Assembly: GCA_021731625.1 (NCBI GenBank)
Contig: JAKFXC010000062.1
Coordinates: 4,479-68,478, forward strand
Length of the DNA: 64,000 bases
Source: Candidatus Omnitrophota bacterium
GTDB lineage: Bacteria > Omnitrophota > Gorgyraeia > Zapsychrales > Fredricksoniimonadaceae
Direction of reading: 5' to 3'
Shown: positions 58,520 through 64,000 of the stretch, one piece after another
How positions within the stretch are numbered: the first letter of the stretch is position 1
Layout: the number at the start of each line of letters is the position of its first letter
Notes under the pieces: generated by a model
Database searches by the model: none
What the model was told of the DNA's origin: nothing
Seen by the model: the letters and a program-made list of their open reading frames with translations, nothing else
Position numbers and translations under genes: made by a program

Positions 58520-59086
58520 TGTTTGAACCAGTTCTGTTCCAGGCATTGCCGCAGCTGCAAGCGGGCCCGATAGAGCAGTACCCATAGATTAGTCGAAGAT
58601 ACCCCTAAAATCTTACAAATTTCCTCGCTTTGCATCGCTTCCAGTTTGCGCAGACGGAAGGCTTGCGCAGCTTTGTCCGGCAAACGCCCCATGCAGTCCT
58701 GGAACAGCTGCCAAAACTCCTTGTTTTCCAGCAAGGCGGCGGGGTTAAATTGCCAATTGCCGGGGGCTTTGGCCAAATGGCCATAATCGGCATTGTCAAA
58801 AAATTGCTCCACGTGCATGTCAGCTTCGACCAGTTGCGAGGCCGGCACTTCCCTATATGTAAGACGCAGATAATCTGCGATTTTATGTTTGAGGATGCCG
58901 ATCAACCAAGTTTGTTCGCTGGATTTACCTTGGAAATGGGCACGGTTCTGCAAAGCAGAAAGCAAGGTTTCCTGTACCAGGTTTTGGGCTTGGTCTGGCT
59001 GGGCGATCGATTTGAGGGCGTAGGCATACAAGCTCGCCGTATAAATCGACCCAATCCTCGGGATCTGAAGAAGATGCGGAAGACAT
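58516..59086 (-). CDS. ECF RNA polymerase sigma factor (frameshift near 59031)
   Basis: AQNLVQETLL, TWLIGILKHK, EICKILGVSSTNLWVLLYRAR; the N-terminus MSSASSSDPEDWVDLYGE lies in an adjacent frame from ATG 59086. Confidence 0.85.
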
Positions 59087-59199
59087 CAGCCCTCATTCAA
59101 CCTGAGACGGACAAAAAAGGCAAGAATTTTGTAAGGATTTGCTGGTATAATCGACTAATACGCAAAGGCAAAGAAAATCAGGAAAGGCCGGTCCCATTG

Positions 59200-60738
59200 A
59201 TGAATGCCCCTGCAAACCATGATATTCTTAATTTCATAGGATTCTTTTTCGCCGGCTTGACAGTCAACCTTACCCCGTGCGTGTACCCCATGCTTGCGGT
59301 GACGGCGTCGCTATTTAAGCCAAAACCTGAATTGCGGGAAGACCTTCGGCATTCTTTTGCCAGGGCCCTGGCGTATTTTTTGGGCATTGTCTTTACCTAT
59401 TGCGCCCTGGGGTATTTTGCCGCTTCGACAGGTAAGTTATTCGGCAGCGCTCTGCAAAGCCAGTGGGTGCAGGGGGTTGTCGGCCTGTTCATGCTGGGTT
59501 TAGCCCTGTCTATGTTTGGCTTTTTCCACTTGCGTATTCCGGCTGGAATTCTAAGCCATCTGGGTAAATTCCGCAAAGCCGATTATCCGGGGCTGTTTGC
59601 CTCCGGGATGCTAGTCGGCGTTTTTGCGGCGCCGTGCATCGGCCCGCCGGTGCTGGCCCTGCTGGCGGCCGTGGCGGACAACGGCAATCCGCAATACGGG
59701 TTCACGGCGTTCTTGACATTTTCTTCCGGGTTGGGGTTGCCCTATTTGCTTTTGGGGACTTTTGAGAATTTGATTGTCAAATTGCCCAAAACTGGGACGT
59801 GGCTCATTTGGATGCAGCGTTTCTTTGGGGTGGTCTTGCTGGGTTTTTCTTTTTTCTATTTGTCGGTGGCGTTTGGCCCACATTCAATCAAGAAAAATAG
59901 GGACTCGATTTGGAAACCGTACAGCGTTGAAGCGGTGCAAGGGGCTTTGGCGGCGCATACGCCGGTCATCATCGACCTTTTTGCCGAATGGTGTTTGAGC
60001 TGTTATGAATTGGAAGACCAGGTGTTTGCCAAACCAGCGGTCAAGGCAGAGCTGGCCAAGGCCGTCACGTTGCGGGTGGACATGACGGACGTTAATACCC
60101 CGGAAAATCGGCAATTTGGCGAACAATATGAGATCATTGGCTTGCCGACGGTGATTTTTTTAGGGCCGGACGGCAAAGAGATTCGAGAGGCGCGGGTGGA
60201 GGGGGTCAGTTCTTTGAAGGATTTTTTGAAGTCGCTGGACATGCAGCAGAAAAGTTTTGGCGTAACCCCGGTAAAGGAGGGTCCGATGAGCGATGCCCAA
60301 TCCAACAGGGTCCGCATTTTTGATGCGGCGAGTCAAACATATAAGGTGGTGGACAAAGTCGTTAAATCCGACGAGGAGTGGAAGAAAATCTTGACCCCGG
60401 AGCAGTTGCGCGTGACCCGCGGCCACGGCACCGAGCGGGCTTTTTGCGCCCTGCCCACCAAGCACACCAAAGGCATTTACAAATGCGTGGGTTGCGGCAC
60501 CGATTTATTTTTGGTGGGTAATAAATTTGAGTCTGGCACCGGTTGGCCGAGCTTTTGGCAGCCGCTCGATGAGGCCAATGTGGGTACCCAAGTGGACAAG
60601 CAATTCGGCATGGTGCGCACGGAAGTGCATTGCGCACGGTGCAATGGGCATTTGGGGCATGTGTTTGATGACGGCCCACCGCCTACCGGAAAACGCTACT
60701 GCATCAATTCTGTGGCCTTGAAATTTGAGGAGGCATAA
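59200..60738 (+). CDS. DsbD/CcdA membrane domain, thioredoxin and MsrB fusion
   Basis: LTPCVYPM and APCIGP; FAEWCLSC and GLPT; KFESGTGWPSF, HLGHVFDDGP, RYCINS; internal AAGGAGG+ATG at 60286. Confidence 0.88.
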   Translation: MNAPANHDILNFIGFFFAGLTVNLTPCVYPMLAVTASLFKPKPELREDLRHSFARALAYFLGIVFTYCALGYFAASTGKLFGSALQSQWVQGVVGLFMLGLALSMFGFFHLRIPAGILSHLGKFRKADYPGLFASGMLVGVFAAPCIGPPVLALLAAVADNGNPQYGFTAFLTFSSGLGLPYLLLGTFENLIVKLPKTGTWLIWMQRFFGVVLLGFSFFYLSVAFGPHSIKKNRDSIWKPYSVEAVQGALAAHTPVIIDLFAEWCLSCYELEDQVFAKPAVKAELAKAVTLRVDMTDVNTPENRQFGEQYEIIGLPTVIFLGPDGKEIREARVEGVSSLKDFLKSLDMQQKSFGVTPVKEGPMSDAQSNRVRIFDAASQTYKVVDKVVKSDEEWKKILTPEQLRVTRGHGTERAFCALPTKHTKGIYKCVGCGTDLFLVGNKFESGTGWPSFWQPLDEANVGTQVDKQFGMVRTEVHCARCNGHLGHVFDDGPPPTGKRYCINSVALKFEEA

Positions 60739-60800
60739 GGATAGCAGTTTGGCAGGAGAGCATTGCTGACTTTAACTACACATTTGCCGAGGATAAGACC

Positions 60801-61337
60801 ATGAGCGATGCCAATTATCAAAAAGCCACTTTTGCCGGGGGCTGCTTCTGGTGCATGCAGCCTTTTTTGGAAAAGCTTAAAGGGGTCAAAAAAGTCACGG
60901 TTGGCTATACCGGCGGCCAGACCGTCAATCCAACCTATGAGCAAGTGACCTCCGGCAACACCGGACATGCCGAAGCGGCAGAAGTTTTGTTTGACCCGCA
61001 GGAGATTTCCTACGCCAAATTGCTCGACGTGTTCTGGCGCAACATTGATCCCACCACCGAGAATCAGCAATTTGTGGACATCGGCACCCAGTACCGCAGT
61101 GCGGTGTATTATCACGATGCCCAGCAGAAGCGTCTGGCGGAAGAATCCAAGAAGCAGCTAGAGGCTTCAGGCAAGTTCGATAAGCCGATTGTCACTGAGA
61201 TTTCCGCCGCTTTGCCGTTTTATCCGGCCGAGAATTACCATCAGGACTATTACAAGAAAAGCCCGCTGCATTACAAAATGTACAGCACCGGCTCCGGCCG
61301 AGAGCAGTTCTTGCAGAAGGCATGGGGCAAGGACTGA
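60801..61337 (+). CDS. msrA: Peptide methionine sulfoxide reductase MsrA
   Basis: FAGGCFWC, GHAEA, QYRSAVY, AENYHQDYY. Confidence 0.95.
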   Translation: MSDANYQKATFAGGCFWCMQPFLEKLKGVKKVTVGYTGGQTVNPTYEQVTSGNTGHAEAAEVLFDPQEISYAKLLDVFWRNIDPTTENQQFVDIGTQYRSAVYYHDAQQKRLAEESKKQLEASGKFDKPIVTEISAALPFYPAENYHQDYYKKSPLHYKMYSTGSGREQFLQKAWGKD

Positions 61338-61348
61338 TGAGTGTCCCC

Positions 61349-61407
61349 TTGACATGTGGGTTGTTCATGATATAATTTATCAAGTTAATAGTTAATCGAG
61401 TTAACTA
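61349..61407 (+). promoter_or_regulatory. Consensus sigma70 promoter plus palindromic MarR-type operator
   Basis: TTGACA(61349)-N16-TATAAT(61371); TAGTTAA-tcgag-TTAACTA at 61389-61407. Confidence 0.8.
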
Positions 61408-61419
61408 GATAGAGGTCCC

Positions 61420-63129
61420 GTGGACATCCAGGATTTCAGCCGCCGCATGATCGAGCTCTTGCCCAAATGCATCCGCGGCTTTCAGGGCTACGAAAGCAAT
61501 TATCTCTCCCGAGGTCAGATCAGCTTGCCGCAGTTTTGGGCCTTGGAATACCTCTCCCGGCACGGCCACTGCCTGATGAGTGAATTGGCCGTTTTTTTGG
61601 GGATCTCCCGGCCGGCTGCCACCGGCCTCATCAACCGCCTGATCGCCCAAAAATTGGTGGACCGCCGCAGCGAACAGAAAGACCGCCGCACCGTGCGGGT
61701 CAGCATTTCCGCCAAGGGCAAAAAGATTGTTACCCACGTTTGGCAGCAAAAACGCCGCGGCATGGAAACCGTCTTTGCCAAAATTTCGGCTGCTGAGCGT
61801 AAACAGTATCTGGATATCTTAGAGAAGGTGGTCAATAATTTCAGCCCTAAAATACTGATCGGGGCGGTGGTGTTGGGGGCGGCTTTTGTGGGTGCGGATT
61901 GCGGCCAAGCACAGGAGGCCCCCCTAGCCAATTTGACCTTGCGGCAGGCTTACGAACTTGCACTCAAGCGCAGTGAAACCCTCGCCATACAAAAGCAGGT
62001 GATTGAAGAGGCGCATGGCCGGCTCAGCCAAACCATCAGCCGGTCTTTGCCGCAGGTGTCTTTTACCGACACGGAGAAATTTCAAGACCGCTTTTCCAGC
62101 TCATCCTCCTCAGAAAATAGTTCCCGGGTGTATGTGCCGACCCGGACGTTCACCTTTAGCCAACCTTTGTTTTCCGGTTTTCGAGAATTTGCCGCCATCG
62201 CTGCCAACAAAGCTGAGCGTAAACAGCGCGAACAGGAGTTGGAACGGGCTAAACAATTGCTGTTTACCGATGTTTCCGACGCCTTTTATTTGTCCATCGG
62301 CTATCAGCAGCAATTGGGCATTCTGCTCGAAGTCAATAAAGTCTTGCAGGGACGGTCCGACGAATTGAGCCAGCGGCTGTCCATTGGCCGGTCGCGCCCC
62401 AGCGAAGTGGCCAACACCGAATCCAAATTTTACCAAAACGAGGCGGACATTGAATCCTTGCGCGGCCAGCAGGATTCTTCTTTTGAACTGATGGAGTTCT
62501 TGGTCGGCCATAAAATTGAGTCCTTGGCAGAGACAAAGGTCCTGCCGGCGGGCCTTCCGACCCGGGAGGAATATTTGGCCAGGGTAGCCCAGAGGGCGGA
62601 TGTGCTGGCGGCAAAGCATGCCAGCGTGGCCGCAGAAAAAAACATCACGGTGCAAAGGGCAGGGTATTTTCCATCCGTCAATGTCACCGGCAATTCGTAC
62701 TTGAAGCGGGTGGGCCCGATAGGTGATTCGGATTGGGATGTGACCGTCAATATTTCGGTGCCCCTTTTTAATGCCAAAGAGACAGCCGGGGCCGTGACCA
62801 TTGCCAGGGCCCAGGCCGAGCAGGCTAAATTGCGCCTTAGCCAGGCCCAGCGTCAGGCCGATTTGGACATCAAAAATGCATACACTAATCTGTCGGCAGG
62901 CATGAAGCGGATGGAGGCATATCACAAAGCCGTTCAAGCCGCCGAGAAGAATTATGCGCTGCAGTCTGGTGATTACACCAAAAGTCTGGTCAACAACCTG
63001 GACGTGCTGCAGGCCTTGGAAGATCTGCAAAGCGTGCGCGGGGATTACATCTCGGTTAAAAATGAAACCCAACGGGCTTATTGGTCCCTCAAGGTAGCGG
63101 CAGGAGATATTTCCGATGACACTCTCTGA
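61420..63129 (+). CDS. MarR regulator fused in frame to a TolC-family outer-membrane efflux protein
   Basis: ISLPQFWAL, DRRTVRVSISAKG (MarR); internal signal-like KILIGAVVLGAAFVG..QA; LTLRQAYELAL, QPLFSG, YFPSV, VPLFN (OEP). Confidence 0.85.
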   Translation: MDIQDFSRRMIELLPKCIRGFQGYESNYLSRGQISLPQFWALEYLSRHGHCLMSELAVFLGISRPAATGLINRLIAQKLVDRRSEQKDRRTVRVSISAKGKKIVTHVWQQKRRGMETVFAKISAAERKQYLDILEKVVNNFSPKILIGAVVLGAAFVGADCGQAQEAPLANLTLRQAYELALKRSETLAIQKQVIEEAHGRLSQTISRSLPQVSFTDTEKFQDRFSSSSSSENSSRVYVPTRTFTFSQPLFSGFREFAAIAANKAERKQREQELERAKQLLFTDVSDAFYLSIGYQQQLGILLEVNKVLQGRSDELSQRLSIGRSRPSEVANTESKFYQNEADIESLRGQQDSSFELMEFLVGHKIESLAETKVLPAGLPTREEYLARVAQRADVLAAKHASVAAEKNITVQRAGYFPSVNVTGNSYLKRVGPIGDSDWDVTVNISVPLFNAKETAGAVTIARAQAEQAKLRLSQAQRQADLDIKNAYTNLSAGMKRMEAYHKAVQAAEKNYALQSGDYTKSLVNNLDVLQALEDLQSVRGDYISVKNETQRAYWSLKVAAGDISDDTL

Positions 63130-64000
63130 TCTGTCGATTAACCGCCCGGTGTTTGCGTGGATGGTCATGGGGGCCTTGATCCTGTTTGGGGCCATGGGTT
63201 TTTCCCGCATGGGGGTCAGCCAATTGCCGGACGTGGAATTTCCGGTCATTTCCATCAGCGTCACCTGGTCGGGGGCGGCTCCGGAGGTCATGGAATCGGA
63301 AGTGGTGGATGTTATTGAACAGGCGGTGATGTCGGTTCAGGGGATCCGCGATGTTTCCTCGTCGGTGTCAAACGGGTCCGCTTCGATCACCATCGAGTTG
63401 CAGTTGGACCGCAAGATTGATTTTGCGGTCCAGGAAGTGCAAAGCAAAATCGCCCAGGCCCAGCGCCTGTTGCCCAAAGACATTGACCCGCCCATTGTCA
63501 CGAAGGCCAACCCCACCCAACAGCCCATCACTTGGCTGGCTTTGACCGGCGAGCGGCCGGCCCGTGAGCTCATGGCCTTCGTTCAAGACCATTTGAAAGA
63601 TAAATTTTCCACCGTGGCCGGCGTGGGGGACATTGCTTTGGGAGGGTTTGTGGCGCCGGCATTGCGGGTGTGGGTTGATGCGGACAAGCTGCTTGCCAAG
63701 GAATTGACCGTCGATGATGTGATCAATACCATCCAATCTGAACATTCGGAACTTCCAGCCGGGCGCATTGAAACCCAGCTGAAGGAACAAAATGTGCGGG
63801 CCATGGGAGAAGCCAAGACAGCCGAAGAATTCGGTAACATTGCCATTACCAAGCGCAACGGCCAGCCTGTGTACGCGCCCATTTACTTGAAAGACGTGGC
63901 CACCATTGAAGATGGCCTCGACGATGTGCGCCGTATTTCGCGCAGTGACGGCAAGTCCGCCGTCGGGTTGGGGATCCGCAAACAAGTCGGTTCCAATGAA
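63116..64000 (+). CDS. AcrB/AcrD/AcrF-family RND efflux permease, 3'-partial (absent from the ORF track)
   Basis: MTLSDLSINRPVFAWMVM..LPDVEFPVISISVTWSGAAPEVMESEVVDVIEQ; open to the window end. Confidence 0.92.
   Translation, partial: MTLSDLSINRPVFAWMVMGALILFGAMGFSRMGVSQLPDVEFPVISISVTWSGAAPEVMESEVVDVIEQAVMSVQGIRDVSSSVSNGSASITIELQLDRKIDFAVQEVQSKIAQAQRLLPKDIDPPIVTKANPTQQPITWLALTGERPARELMAFVQDHLKDKFSTVAGVGDIALGGFVAPALRVWVDADKLLAKELTVDDVINTIQSEHSELPAGRIETQLKEQNVRAMGEAKTAEEFGNIAITKRNGQPVYAPIYLKDVATIEDGLDDVRRISRSDGKSAVGLGIRKQVGSNE

Noticed and set aside
58630-59199. N-terminal 190 aa of the 702-aa ORF
   Set aside because: It is the antisense shadow of the ECF sigma gene plus intergenic DNA; DsbD-like sequence begins near ATG 59200
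62110-63985. Long minus-strand ORFs (393 aa and 205 aa) and similar ones at 29609, 30542, 31634 and 37901
   Set aside because: Antisense to well-supported genes, with no recognisable motifs

Overview
A 64 kb bacterial window with about 65 genes, almost all on the + strand, from a diderm (TolC, beta-barrels, lipoproteins). An Omnitrophota/PVC-like origin is suggested only by recall of the large-protein family at 46-57 kb and is unverified. From 1 to 45.8 kb lies a general-stress/desiccation island: YciF ferritin-like, DsbA, Fur plus SitABCD-like Mn/Fe uptake, CDF, TreZ/GDE/GlgX/TreY trehalose genes, ElaB/BON/entericidin/DUF1328, GT4/GH, a ThDP decarboxylase with SSADH, GH15, two sensor kinases and several receivers. 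Twelve intergenic regions in it share one promoter architecture, TT(A/C)A(T/C) x3 at 11-bp period followed by a -10 hexamer 16 bp after the start of the third repeat, which points to an OmpR/PhoB-type regulon. From 45.9 to 57.5 kb are three tandem paralogous signal-peptide proteins. Each has a conserved ~330 aa N-terminal domain and a conserved GGI(D/N)L C-terminal module bracketing unrelated cargo (unknown helical domain; degenerate sigma70 plus SNF2; pyruvate-carboxylase carboxyltransferase), with xxAM-like motifs at the cargo borders. This is the best candidate for an undescribed cargo-delivery or polyprotein system. From 57.5 to 64 kb are a nucleotidyltransferase pair, ECF sigma/anti-sigma, a DsbD-Trx-MsrB fusion, MsrA, a MarR-TolC fusion and the start of an RND pump. 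Several single-base frameshifts and two nonsense codons may be assembly errors. No rRNA, tRNA, CRISPR array or IS was seen. All family calls come from motif recognition by eye, without database searches.
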